DNA of 64,000 bases from the NCBI GenBank assembly GCA_002269645.1, contig NIVC01000376.1:372001-436000 (forward strand), in the 5' to 3' direction. Position numbers and translations under genes: made by a program. The notes below the pieces were generated by a model. It did not search any database, was not told the origin of the DNA, and saw only the letters and a program-made list of their open reading frames with translations. Positions 21,310 to 33,944 of the stretch are shown here, piece after piece (the stretch's first letter is position 1; each line of letters opens with the position of its first letter). Source of the stretch: Macrostomum lignano. Its lineage: Eukaryota.

Positions 21310-24300
21310 GATTGTGAAGATTCCAGCTTGTGAAGATTCGAGCTTGTGAAGATTCTAGCTTGTGAATTATCGAGATTGTGAAGATTCGAGCTTGTGAATT
21401 ATCAAGCTTGTGGATTATCAAGCTTGTGGATTATCAAGCTTGTGGATTATCAAGCTTGTGGATTATCAAGCTTGTGGATTATCAAGCTTGTGGATTATCA
21501 AGCTTGTGGATTATCAAGCTTGTGGATTATCAAGCTTGTGGATTATCAAGCTTGTGGATTATCAAGCTTGTGGATTATCAAGCTTGTGGATTATCAAGCT
21601 TGTGGATTATCAAGCTTGTGGATTATCAAGCTTGTGGATTATCAAGCTTGTGGATTGTCAAGCTTGTGGATTGTCAAGCTTGTGGATTGTCAAGCTTGTG
21701 GATTGTCAAGCTTGTGGATTGTCAAGCTTGTGAATTATCAAGCTTGTGGATTATCAACATTGTGAATTATTAAGCTTGTGGATTATCAAGCCTGTGGATT
21801 ATCAAGCTTGTGGATTATCAAGCCTGTGGATTATCAAGCTTGTGGATTGTCAAGCTTGTGGATTGTCAAGCTTGTGGATTGTCAAGCCTGTGGATTATCA
21901 AGCTTGTGGATTATCAAGCCTGTGGATTATCAAGCTTGTGAATCATCGAGCTTGTGAATCATCGAGCTTGTGAATTAGCGAGCTTGTGAAGATTCGAGCT
22001 TGTGAATTTTCGAGATTGTGAATTATCAAGTTAGTGGATTGTCAAGCTTGTGAATTATCAAGGCTTGTGAAAATTCTAGCTTGTGAATTCTCAAGCTTGT
22101 GGATTATCAAGATTGTGGATTGTCAAGCTTGTGAATTATCAAGATTGTGAATCATCGAGCTTGTGAATTAGCGAGCTTGTGAAGATTCGAGCTTATGAAC
22201 TATCAAGCTTGTGAATTATCAAGCTTGTGAAGATTCTAGCTTGTGAATTCTCAAGCTTGTGGATTATCAAGATTGTGGATTGTCAAGCTTGTGAATTATC
22301 AAGATTGTGAAGACTCGGGCTTGTGAATTATCAAGCTTGTGAAGACTCGAGCTTGTGAATTATCAAGCTTGTGAAGACTCGAGCTTGTGAATTATCAAGC
22401 TTGTGAAGACTCGAGCTTGTGAATTATCAAGCTTGTGAAGACTCGAGCTTGTGAATTATCAAGCTTGTGAATGATCAAGGCTTGTGAATTATCAAACTTG
22501 GGAAGATTCGGGTTTGTGAACTATCGAGATTGTGAAGATTCGGGTTTGTGAGTTATCAAGATTGTGAGTTATCAAGATTGTGAATTATCAAGCTTGTGAA
22601 GACTCGAGCTTGTGAATTATCAAGCTTGTGAAGACTCGAGCTTGTGAATTATCAAGCTTGTGAAGACTCGAGCTTGTGAATTATCAAGCTTGTGAAGACT
22701 CGAGCTTGTGAATTATCAAGCTTGAGAAGACTCGAGATTGTGAATTATCAAGCTTGTGAAGACTCGAGCTTGTGAATTATCAAGCTTGTGAAGACTCGAG
22801 CTTGTGAATTATCAAGCTTGTGAAGACTCGAGCTTGTGAATTATCAAGCTTGTGAAGACTCGAGCTTGTGAATTATCAAGCTTGTGAAGACTCGAGCTTG
22901 TGAATTATCAAGCTTGTGAAGACTCGAGCTTGTGAATTATCAAGCTTGAGAAGACTCGAGCTTGTGAATTATCAAGCTTGTGAAGACTCGAGCTTGTGAA
23001 TTATCAAGCTTGTGAAGACTCAAGCTTGTGAATTATCAAGCTTGTGAAGACTCGAGCTTGTGAATTATCAAGCTTGTGAATGATCAAGGCTTGTGAATTA
23101 TCAAACTTGGGAAGATTCGGGTTTGTGAACTATCGAGATTGTGAAGATTCGGGTTTGTGAGTTATCAAGATTGTGAGTTATCAAGATTGTGAATTATCAA
23201 GCTTGTGAAGACTCGAGCTTGTGAATTATCAAGCTTGTGAAGACTCGAGCTTGTGAATTATCAAGCTTGTGAAGACTCGAGCTTGTGAAATATCAAGCTT
23301 GTGAAGACTCGAGCTTGTGAATTATCAAGCTTGAGAAGACTCGAGCTTGTGAATTATCAAGCTTGTGAATGATCAAGGCTTGTGAATTATCAAACTTGGG
23401 AAGATTCGGGTTTGTGAACTATCGAGATTGTGAAGATTCGGGTTTGTGAGTTATCAAGATTGTGAGTTATCAAGATTGTGAATTATCAAGCTTGTGAAGA
23501 CTCGAGCTTGTGAATTATCAAGCTTGTGAAGACTCGGGCTTGTGAATTATCAAGCTTGTGAAGACTCGAGCTTGTGAATTATCAAGCTTGTGAAGACTCG
23601 AGCTTGTGAATTATCAAGCTTGTGAAGACTCGAGCTTGTGAATTATCAAGCTTGTGAAGACTCGAGCTTGTGAATTATCAAGCTTGAGAAGGCTCGAGCT
23701 TGTGAATTATCAAGCTTGTGAAGACTCGAGCTTGTGAATTATCAAGCTTGTGAAGACTCAAGCTTGTGAATTATCAAGCTTGTGAAGACTCGAGCTTGTG
23801 AATTATCAAGCTTGTGAATGATCAAGGCTTGTGAATTATCAAACTTGGGAAGATTCGGGTTTGTGAACTATCGAGATTGTGAAGATTCGGGTTTGTGAGT
23901 TATCAAGATTGTGAGTTATCAAGATTGTGAATTATCAAGCTTGTGAAGACTCGAGCTTGTGAATTATCAAGCTTGTGAAGACTCGAGCTTGTGAATTATC
24001 AAGCTTGTGAAGACTCGAGCTTGTGAATTATCAAGCTTGTGAAGACTCGAGCTTGTGAATTATCAAGCTTGAGAAGACTCGAGCTTGTGAATTATCAAGC
24101 TTGTGAATGATCAAGGCTTGTGAATTATCAAACTTGGGAAGATTCGGGTTTGTGAACTATCGAGATTGTGAAGATTCGGGTTTGTGAGTTATCAAGATTG
24201 TGAGTTATCAAGATTGTGAATTATCAAGCTTGTGAAGACTCGAGCTTGTGAATTATCAAGCTTGTGAAGACTCGGGCTTGTGAATTATCAAGCTTGTGAA

Positions 24301-24460
24301 GACTCGAGCTTGTGAATTATCAAGCTTGTGAAGACTCGAGCTTGTGAATTATCAAGCTTGTGAAGACTCGAGCTTGTGAATTATCAAGCTTGTGAAGACT
24401 CAAGCTTGTGAATTATCAAGCTTGTGAAGACTCGAGCTTGTGAATTATCAAGCTTGTGAA
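21310..24460. repeat. About 3.1-kb satellite: 16-bp monomer (atcaagcttgtggatt) grading into a 31-bp dimer with higher-order blocks
   Basis: Homogeneous 16-mers at 21410-21720. From about 22300 a 16+15 dimer (gcttgtgaattatcaa + gcttgtgaagactcga) is interrupted five times by the same variant block. Confidence 0.97.
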
Positions 24461-25094
24461 ATGGACTACGAAATCTACATCAACTGTTATATTCGATAAC
24501 AAATATAACTAGAATTGGAATTGGTAAGAGCCAAGAATACGAAGTCACATTGGAAAAAATACGCGTTTGCTGGCGAGGTTTCGGTTAAAAATTCAGCCCC
24601 ATTATCGTACGAAGCTCGCTAAAGCGGTCTCTCAATGCACAGATAAGATATGGAGCTGCTGGGGTATTCAGTAGGATCACAACTGTCGAATGCTATAGAT
24701 TAGCACAGTGCACATTGCCAATTAAGGTACACACAAAGATCAGAAGGTTGCTTCTTCAAGTCTTACTAATATTAATAAAGTTGAAAGCCATTGAAAGTTA
24801 GTATTCGAAATTTCTGCTTCAAGTTGCGCCTCGATCTGCAGAAAATGCAGTGGCGTATTAATTCCATTTATAACTGTACAGGACTTAGCAAGCTTGCATA
24901 CGCGGTGACAAGGGTGAAACTTCATGTAACAGGGAGGCCCTCGAAGCCTCTACAACCTCTAGGTTCAAAGTTCTAACCATTGCGCAGATTTTTCAATTTA
25001 AATTCAAATTTTATCAAAATGTAAATTTGTTGCCGAATTTGTTACTTTCATGTAAGACGAAGTTTTGCCTAACTGACTAGCCTATCTGACAGTG

Positions 25095-25345
25095 AGTGAA
25101 GGGCGCGCGATTCTCACAGTAAGTGAAGGAAGATTCTCATAGTTGGGTGAAGAGCGATTATCACAGTGGGTGAAGGGCGATTCTCACAGTTGGGTGAAGG
25201 GCGATTCTCACAGTGGGTGAAGGGCGATTCTCACAGTGGGTGAAGGGCGATTCTCACAGGGAGTGAAGTGCGATTCTCAGAGTGGGTGAAGGGCGATTCT
25301 CACGGGTGAAGGGCGATTCTCACAGTTGGGTGAACAGCGATTCCC
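25095..25345. repeat. 22/23-bp repeat (gtgaagggcgattctcacagtgg)
   Basis: About 10 copies. GGGCGATT core. Confidence 0.9.
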
Positions 25346-25744
25346 ACCAAAGTGCCAACTTACCCAAGCAGTCCATCACTGTGCGCTGATCAAGGGAGAC
25401 AATTTCTTTTCAACGTCGTAGCTGACTTCAATTGTTTGTACAACCTCAACACTTTGATTCAGTTGCTAATTATTTTAGTAATATTAATTAGCATAATTAA
25501 TCGAATTTTTTTTCTAAAAAGTAATGTCACTAAAATTTCACTTCCTCTCAATAAGACTTCTTAATCTCAAAAACGTTACAAGCCGGATTGTCTTATCAAG
25601 CGAAGTTTACTTTGTAAGGGTTTTTAAAGACATGCTGTGGGCTGTAGAAGAGTCTGGGCCATAGACAACGAGAGTTGAAATTAAAAGTAGCTGGAATCAC
25701 AGATAACTTTAAAAATTGCTGTGTAAAGTCGTTTTTGGTGAGCG

Positions 25745-26160
25745 CCCCCCCCCGTCTCTTGGTGGGCGCCCCTGTCTCTTGGTGGGCGCCCTTGTCTTTT
25801 GGTAGGGCCCCTGTCTCTTCGTGGGCGCCCCTGTCTCTTGGTGGACGCCCCTGTCTCTTGGTGGGAGCCCGTCTTTTGGTGGGTGCCCTTGTCTTTTGGT
25901 GGGGCCCCTGTCTCTTGGTGGACGCCCCTGTCTCTTGGTGGGGCCCCTGTCTCTTGGTGGGCGGGCGCCCCTGTCTCTTGGTGGGAGCCCCTGTCTTTTG
26001 GTGGGGCCCCGGTCTCTTGGTGGGCGCCCTTGTCTTTTGGTGGGGCCCCTGTCTCTTGGTGGACGCCCCTGTCTCTTGGTGGGCGCCCTTGTCTTTTGGT
26101 GGGGCCCCTGTCTCTTGGTGGGCGCCCCTGTCTCTTGGTGGGCGCCCTTGTCTTGTTGCC
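25745..26160. repeat. GC-rich ~20-bp repeat (gcccctgtctcttggtgg…)
   Basis: Degenerate tandem copies. Source of six overlapping spurious ORFs. Confidence 0.9.
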
Positions 26161-26684
26161 CCTCTGATGTGCAAAAAATAACTGAAAAGCAAAACCATCC
26201 ACCAAAAATCGGCATTATTTGGAATGCTGCTCAACTTCAATTTAGTCGGATTAACAACTGAAGTCGTTAATCCGATTAGTTGTTAGGATTTAAGTTTAAT
26301 AGCTCTACCTTCTGACCATGGCCAACCAGTTGATGCAGTTATCTACAGCAGGTTGCATCATTTAAGTCTAATTTGTTATCTCAATTTTTGTAAGAGAGGC
26401 GCACACAAGTGTTATCTTATCGTCCAAATTACTGCAATTATTAAATCTACAGTACGAGCTAGGGTAAACTCCAAAGAGGCCGCCTCTTTTATTTGTTTAT
26501 TCGGGCGATAGAAATTTTCTAGCAAACAATAATTAGGATCTGTGAATGTGCCATCGGTCACGTGACTTTGGCAGTTGGTCATGGCGTGCATTGTTTTTGT
26601 GTAAATATTCTGCGCGTAAGCCAAGTCAGAAAGGAAAATTTATTAATATACAAACAGACACCAACAATACAGATAAAGACACGG

Positions 26685-26764
26685 GCTGACAGACACAGAC
26701 AGACAGGCAGACAGACAGACAGACAGACACAGACAGACAGACACACAGACATACAGAAAGACAC

Positions 26765-26815
<51 letters not shown>
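26685..26815. repeat. (GACA)n microsatellite
   Basis: Direct observation. Confidence 0.95.
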
Positions 26816-26817
<2 letters not shown>

Positions 26818-27154
26818 CATTTGCACAATGAAAAGAGTATTAACAAAGTCACACTAGTACTGCAGACCCAATTGGCAATATAATTACAAGTGGTATTTTA
26901 AGTAACTAAAATAACGTGTATTATTTGTGAGTAAAAATATGATTTCACTTACACATTAGCATGCTTTAGACAAACAGGAAACATCTTTAAACAGATTCAG
27001 TCGGAAATTGTTTAGAAGAAAATGTTGCAGCAATACTGAGAATGAGCGAAAATAACAAAAAAATATATGTTAAATACCGCAGTTGCTACTAATATTAGCT
27101 AGGTTTACAGGTTAAATACCTAAAATGGACATACATTTAAAATGCAATGCAGAT

Positions 27155-27515
27155 TCTTAGGGGGATTATTGGGGTGATTAAAAGATGATTCTCAGGGTGT
27201 TTGAAGGTGATTCTCAGGGTGTTTGAAGGCGATTCTCAGGGTGTTTAAAGGGCGATTCTCACGGTGATTAAAGGGCGATTTTTAGGGTGACTAAAAGTCG
27301 ATTATCAGGGTGACTAAAGGGTGATTTTCAGGGCGATCAAAGGGCGATTTTTAGGGTAATTAAAGGACGATTATCAGGGTGATTAAAGGACGATTCTTAA
27401 GGCGATCAAAAGGCGATTTTCAGGGTGATTCGCAGAGGGATTAAAGGGCGATTTTCAAGGCGATCAAAGGGCGATTCTCAGGGTAATTAAAGGGCGATTC
27501 TCAGGGCGATTCTCA
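27155..27515. repeat. Degenerate ~22-bp repeat (aagggcgattctcagggtgatt)
   Basis: Just 3' of the MITD1 stop. GGGCGATT core. Confidence 0.85.
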
Positions 27516-27572
27516 GGTAAATTTGCAACACAGCTTTAGCCTCTCAAATCAAGTCCTAATCCCCCCTGTCTC

Positions 27573-28730
27573 TTATCTCAAAATAGACTCATGAAAGATG
27601 TCCACCGTGGTCTCCAAGCACTGGCGCAGCGACAAGTCGTGAGTGCCCAAGTCCAGCTGCCTGGACAGCTTCCTGTACAAGCTGAGGCCCCGCCCGATCT
27701 TCACCCGCCAGCCGTTGCTGAAGTACACCTCCCGGTCGTGCAGGCTGTCGCGCAGGCTCAGCCGCAGTTGGATGCCCCGCTCGGCCAGGGACTCGGCAAT
27801 GAGGTCCAGGCTCTGGCGCTGCTTAGCCGCGTCCGCTTCGTCCGGCCCGGTGACCAGGTGGATCTCCTGGAGGCAGCCGGGGCAGCGGCTGGCGCAGAGT
27901 TCGCAGAATTGCAGAAAAAAGTGCAACTGAGGGAATGCGTAAAAGCGATTAAAAGCTTGTATCAGGAGGGGGGCGCCCAGATGAAAACGCTACCTAGGCT
28001 CTAGACGACTCTATAACGACAAGATGTCACGGTACCAGCCGCCAAAAAGTCGTCCTAAGAGTCAATTTGAGAAGTTTTTTAATGTCTGCGACTCTAAAAC
28101 CACTCTGGGGCCGTAGAGTCGCTGTAGAATCACTGAGTTGCGTACAAAGCGCATCTGTTTACGTTATTAATTGGAATCAACAGACGCTAGAGTCACTAGT
28201 GAGTTGTTCGCTATGACTTTTTAGCGATTCTTGTCACGGTCACATGAAACTTTCACTACACAGGAATATATGGTGCAGGCTAAATCTATAGTCGCACTTG
28301 CCTGGTACATCTTTCTAATATAAGAGTCTTCAACTCGAATCCACACAACTGACGCATCCTTGAGGCAGTCGCCGAAAATTCTATCGTAGCCGTAGCCAGT
28401 CTCGCCCTCGCCGATTCTATACTGAGTATGCTTTGGTTCGCTTGCTAAAAATAAAGATAAGTACAATTGTCCAATATAAATAAATCAGTAAAAACTTCAT
28501 TTATAATGATACTACTATATTATGAAAACTGAGTAGCCAGATGCGCACATTGCGGACTAATTTGTCCAGAAGCGAGCAGCTTCTTTTTAAGCGATTCAGC
28601 GCGACCCAAATACTCTACGAGTCGAGTTCGAATAGCAGTTCGCTTGGCCACCTCGGATTCTGGCACGGTTTTGAGGAACTCCATCAACTTGTCCAGGCCT
28701 TCCTTGTAGCAGGAGAAGGCGGCAATCAGT
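27573..28730 (-). CDS. MITD1: MIT domain-containing protein 1 (MIT + PLD-like C-terminal domain); first coding exon not located
   Basis: Exons 28730-28558 (donor uncertain, alternative 28549), 28444-28302 (GC donor), 27926-27573. MIT helices: LIAAFSCYKEGLDKLMEFLK...YLGRAESLKK. C-terminal domain: GETGYGYDRIF...VEDSYIRKMYQ|LHFFLQFCE, HDREVYFSNGWRVKIGRGL, RQCLETTVDIFH, all matching MITD1 motifs. Confidence 0.88.
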
Positions 28731-28829
28731 CTGTGGGCAAAGAGAAAAATCAGTTGTGCAAAGAAACCTCAGCAGGACAGTCACCCTCGAATCAGCAAGG
28801 GTGCAAAGCAGCAAACTGAAGTCACCTTT

Positions 28830-31250
28830 TTTAATGTTTAAATGCTTGGTAGCTAAATTTCATGGATATAAAAATATTAAATTGACAATAGTTAAATATA
28901 TCAAATATATTAAATATATCTTTTGCCTTCTGTTATGTCATATTAATATTTGTATACATTAAATAATCTTGTATTTTGTTATGATATAGTTTTTACATCA
29001 GTAGATCATGGGCCTTAAGTAGCTTAAGTGGCTGTAAGAAAGTGAGGGTTTAATAATTTTAATTAAATATTAATATGAAAATAAGCAAATTTAGAATGAT
29101 AATAGAACATATAGAAAATTAAATTTAAAAAGGCTGAGTTAATTATTGTACTAAATAATAAAATATTTATACTATGGAATAAAAATAAAAAACTTTGAAA
29201 TTTAGAAAAAAAAAATTTCCACAGTAGACTCAGTGTCTCATTAAAGCTCAATGGGCCTCCCATAATTGGTATAAAGCCTAGGCATGGGGAGCAACAAAAA
29301 TGTATGCATTTTTAGGAAATAATAAAAAAAATTAATAAAAGGTCTAGATTGTTTAAACTATTTTTATGTACAAACTACAATTATAATTAAAATAACTAGA
29401 GATAATAAGTAGGCTATAAGTAGGCTCTTGAATTATTGAATCTGTAATTCTAAAATTAACTGAATTGGGCCTATGCATGTCTAAAATATCAATACCTATT
29501 GATATTTTAGACATGCAGCTATTATAAAATAAACAGGAGCAAATAAAGAGAAAAATATTTAATTCTATAATGCATACTAAACTTATTGTAAAATTCATAG
29601 TAAAATAACTACTACAGGCTTATTCCATATAAGATGGACATATTTGGAAAATAGAAAAAAGTCAATATTTTTGCTTGCCATTGCCTAATTAGCCTATTTT
29701 TTTACCAAATGTTTATATTGTGCAATATATACAATCTAAGAATAAAGGAATGGTAAAATGTTGGATTAGTATGTTATCAATTGGCAAAAAGTCATTTTTG
29801 TAAAAATTTGGACATTTTTCGAAGCAAAAGACATCATTAAGATTTAGTACCTTTTTAAAAACAAATAGAAGCTTTTGAAGGTTGAAACAAACTATAGATA
29901 AAAGTATAGTACTTGCATCATCAGATAAAAGCATTGGTGACCAAATAATCTATTATATTTTTAATGTATTAGTACCTCAAAGTTACTGAATTGACAGAAA
30001 AAAATATGTTACGACCATAATGTTACGACCATAAGGCTGCCTTTTCTTTTGTATCTTTGTTGCCTTTTGAGTTTATATATTCTAATAAAAGAGTATGATT
30101 TCTAAAGATGTTCTTAGTCAAATTTTAAAAATGTATTGCAAAATATCAAAAATGAAAAATGTTATAAGACTTTTACCTTTTAGTTTCTATATGTCAAAAA
30201 TCCTGTCGTTACAACCATAAGTGTCATTTAAGGTTTAATAGCATCTATACTAATGATGATATCTATATGAAACTCTATAAATATATTCTAGACAAAATAA
30301 TCTTTCATTTAAAATATTGGTTTAGTATATTCTATTATTAGATTTCATTTTATAAGTAAAAATAACCTGTCATGTTACGACCATGCTTATATGGAATGAG
30401 CCTACACATACATAGTAACATAGTAAGTAAGTTACTTAGTATGCATTCTATAATATGCAAAAAATGTTACTTGTCAAGAGCCATGGCTTAAGACTAAGTT
30501 CACTAGCTGTACGAATAATCAAAAATATTTTGTTGATACTGCAGATGGCGAAGGATTAGTAATAATTAATAGAGTATAGGACTACAGCTTTTTTAAATCA
30601 AAAAACAAGAAATTGCTTGCTTACTTGTCTTCACTGTCGAATGCAACTGCTTTAAGAAGCCAACGTTTTGATACATCAAATAAGTTTTCTGTTACATCGC
30701 CTGATTCTGCCATGACCTAGGTATATTATTACCAATCGTGCAGCAAAACAAGATCTAGGTAAAACAGAAAACAATTCACAATTGCAAATTTTGAATTGAT
30801 TGATTATATGATTTCTTTCTACTGATTTTTACTAAAATCTAGATAATCTAGAATAAAAACAATTTAAACAAAGCGCAGAGAAGAAATTAAAACAACAGCA
30901 ACCAACTTTTATTTTTAAGTTTAATTACTGATTCAACGTCCAGCGAAATTTTGTAACGCATTTCTATGAAAATCGAAAATTCAAATGCTCGGTCAACTTT
31001 AACAAAATACAGTAAATACAAAATGCTGCATTGCATACAAGGTGAAGCCGTTTAAATGAGTAATTAAGTAACATAAGGGGTTTAAATGCTTTTTCACCCC
31101 ATTAATTAGGGTTGAGATAAAGACAGACTTTACATACACTGGTAAGCGATGTAAAGTGTTTAACACTATAATTTTTAACAATTTAGATATATCTTTTAAC
31201 TGAAAAAACTCGTGCTGAATATTGGAATATATTATTCAGCTCAAGCCCTA
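28830..31250. other. AT-rich block with probable decayed transposon sequence
   Basis: Abrupt drop in GC relative to flanking exons, only short broken ORFs, several TAGGC/GCCTA motifs. Confidence 0.55.
29616..30403. mobile_element. About 790-bp non-autonomous element bounded by 18-bp inverted repeats
   Basis: aggcttattccatataag (29616-29633) versus cttatatggaatgagcct (30386-30403), one mismatch. An internal gttacgaccat motif recurs at about 30009, 30022, 30208 and 30374. No clear TSD. Confidence 0.55.
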
Positions 31251-31689
31251 TTTGATTGACAGCAGGTAAAAAAGCAACTTAAAGCAGACAGTAGCAGCCT
31301 GAAAATTCTGGAAATTCATTCCTGATGCAAGCAGACTGCATGATGTTTTTTCTGCAAGCCCTCAAGACTTTTCAAGCCAAGAAGAAGGCAGTGCAGAAAC
31401 CTTGTATAAATGAGTTGTAATTGTGTAGCATTGCTTATAAAAGTCAAAACGAAAGCGAATCTTCACGCATCAATTCCAGCGGCCCAAATTTATGCAAGCG
31501 AGATTTTTCTGATAGAAGCAGAAATCCAGAAAAGACAACAGCTCCGATCGACATGCCTAAAGGAACAGAAAATACTGAGAAAAAAACTAACTGCCTTTAT
31601 TTTGAAAGGATAATTATGGAGAAAATGAATATCGTCTCTCTGAGCTTTAACTCATCACAGGATCACCGTCTAGTATCTGCTGAAACAAT

Positions 31690-32757
31690 GGATTGCCTAG
31701 CTGAAGCCTCAAGCTGTTGCTGCTCTTGATTGCTGTTCCAATCTGCTGTTGATTGCTGTTGAGTGCAGCAAATGCACTGCCGAAGTATTAATAAGATCAA
31801 GTTTCACTTACGCTCGTAGCGTTGAAGAAGTCGAGCAGTCCAACTACGCTGCTCACATCGTTGCCGACATTTTTGCCTGCGCATTTCTGTGCGCTAAACG
31901 TCCGGCTGTCTGACTTTCGGCTACTCCGTTGAGACCCTCATCTGCGAGATGACGAATGAGGAAGGCAGGCTCTCCGATGAGGGAGCCGTCTTCTACGACA
32001 AGAGCAAGCCAGATGAGCAGCTGAGCCACGTGATCTAACAAGAAAGTCAATTACCCGCTGCTTCTGCTCAAGCAGATCTGCTTTTTGGCGCAGCATATTT
32101 CCCACCCGCAGCCGCGAGTCCAGCCTGCACGAAGACCAGATCGGCGACCGATGACGGCCGGCTGTGGTGCCCCTTTTAGCAGCGGGTGAGCGACTCCGTC
32201 TACGAGGCCGGGTTCGATGACTCGGTGAACTTCTGGATCGGTGAGTGGCCTCTGCCAGCTGTTTACAGAATCTTAATAATAAAGCTCATTTTTTGAGCAA
32301 TCAATCAATTTTAGGCTTGCAAGCCATTCACCAGCTGAGCACGGTTTTTGCCGAGGGTGTCACTCTGCTAGTCGAAATTGTCACCTGGCAGGACGAGAAA
32401 CTGATCCAGGAGTACCCCGGCTTCCGTGTTGAAAATGCCAGCACAAAATACACGATGACTGCGGGATCCTTGAATCGCAATCGTTCCAGCACTTATAAAG
32501 ACAATTTAAGGATAAATAGGGGAATGATGTTCTCAACAATGGACCAGGACAACGACATTTATGGCTCGTATTTGGACTCGTGCTCAAAAGTTTATCACGG
32601 CAGCAGCGGACGGTGGTTTGGTAAATGCTCAAGCTCGAATCCGAATGGCTTGTACTCTCTGTCGGAGGTCAACGATCCGGAATTTATCTGCTGGAAGCAA
32701 AACAGCAGCTGGACGTCAGTCAAGGCTACCCGGCTGTCGCTGGGCCCCTCGAAATGA
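31690..32757 (+). pseudogene. Disrupted secreted PAN/apple + fibrinogen C-terminal domain (FReD) gene
   Basis: Hydrophobic leader fragments (LKLLLLLIAV). PAN-like ACAFLCAKRP/CLTFGYSVETLICEM is split by a frameshift near 31905. TAA at 32036-32038. The FBG N-part TDDGRLWCPF*QRVSDSVYEAGFDDSVNFWIG has a TAG at 32177-32179. Phase-1 intron 32241-32314 is followed by an intact FBG core (GLQAIHQL, GMMFSTMDQDND, GRWFGKCSSSNPNGLY, ICWK). Confidence 0.7.
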
Positions 32758-33019
32758 AAAGCGGATCGCGCACCAAAGTTTTCGTTTACAATTGTTCCAA
32801 AGGTCAAGTGTTATAAGTCCAACCTTAAAAAAATTATTGTTGCAATTCTTTTTTTATCGGCTTGGCATTCATTGTTACACAATATTTTGGGCTACTGGTC
32901 CTTCCCTTCCATACATTACTCGGACATTCCTTTGATCAATGAACGAAGCCTTTGATCAATCACATCGGTCTTGAACCACGCAGGTAGAGGACACTCACAC
33001 ATCCAGAGACTCACCTTTG

Positions 33020-33190
33020 GACACTCACCCAGACACTCTGCTGCCCGACCCCTCATCCAGCCTGTCCGACCCCACTCCTGGGCCTGCCCGACCGACCGGC
33101 CTGCCCCACCCCGCCTCCGGGGCCTCCTCATCGCTGATTGGCTCCCCTTCGCTTGGCCAATCAGCGACGTGGGCCAGATTGTATCATTTT
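33020..33190. promoter_or_regulatory. Promoter-like GC-rich patch with two opposed CCAAT boxes
   Basis: ctgattggc (about 33134) and ggccaatcag (about 33155) with GC-box-like runs. Three GTGAGT donors lie on the minus strand at about 33030-32995. Confidence 0.3.
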
Positions 33191-33329
33191 CCTACTACTT
33201 ACATGGTATAGAGGGGTAAATAAAACTGATCGAGGAAAGAAAGCAACGGTGCACCTAAAAGAACGAATCTTCTAAAAGCAATTCTATTTTATAATTGAGA
33301 TGAGCTGAATTGTTTAGAATCTCAACATA

Positions 33330-33425
33330 ACTTGTCGTGCGATTTACACCCCACGAGGGCCAACCTTTTAAGGCACACAGAGGTGTACATGCCCTGTGTG
33401 AGCGTGCGTACGAGTGCGTTTTGAC
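33330..33425 (+). mobile_element. Diverged fragment of the SINE family at 37013/47378, opposite orientation
   Basis: Its reverse complement contains ctcacacagg, ggcatgtacac, tgtgcctt, ggttggccc and gggtgtaaatcgcacga, in the same order as in the other copies. Confidence 0.5.
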
Positions 33426-33944
33426 AATTACTATAACATAAACAATTGTTATACGCTAAAAGTGCAAAACAAGTGTAAAAAAACAAAGACTAAGACTAAT
33501 TAATTCTCTGGCCGTTGCTAAACAAAATTTGAAGCCAAGCCGTGTTCTGATTGTTTATATTCTTTAGCAAAATAAACATGTTATTCTAAACACTGTGGGT
33601 TGAAAAGGAGGATGGACAGGGCCGCAGGCATTAAGCGCAACCTTGGACAGAGGAAAACACGGCATCATCAGAGAGGCAGCCAGGGTGTAAAAAATTTCAC
33701 CCACTTCAGCTGACAAAGCCTACAGTCAAACAAAGGTGATCAAAACTAAAAAAGGAAAATTAGTCAAACTGTGCAGACAAGCTGATGTGATTAGTGCAGT
33801 TTTTTAGACAATGCTGACAAACCAGAGCCTCATCTAAGCCTCAGGGTGAATTATGGAACCGATGACTGATAGAAGAATTTTAAAAAAGTGGTAGCCAGTT
33901 ATCAGACAGCAGTCTTTGACCAATATTTTAAGTTTTGGTTGCTA

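Noticed and set aside
24615-24655. gctaaagcggtctctcaatgcacaga resembles my recollection of a flatworm spliced-leader sequence
   Set aside because: Partial match from memory only; no GT donor or Sm-site after it, so an SL RNA gene cannot be supported.
21378-26261. Repeat-peptide ORFs at 21378-21973 and 25596-26261
   Set aside because: Tandem-repeat artefacts in several frames and strands, with no splice or domain support.
26300-26380. HGQPVDAVIY peptide resembling a CR1/L2 reverse-transcriptase segment
   Set aside because: Too short and not followed by the expected LDFxKAFD motif.
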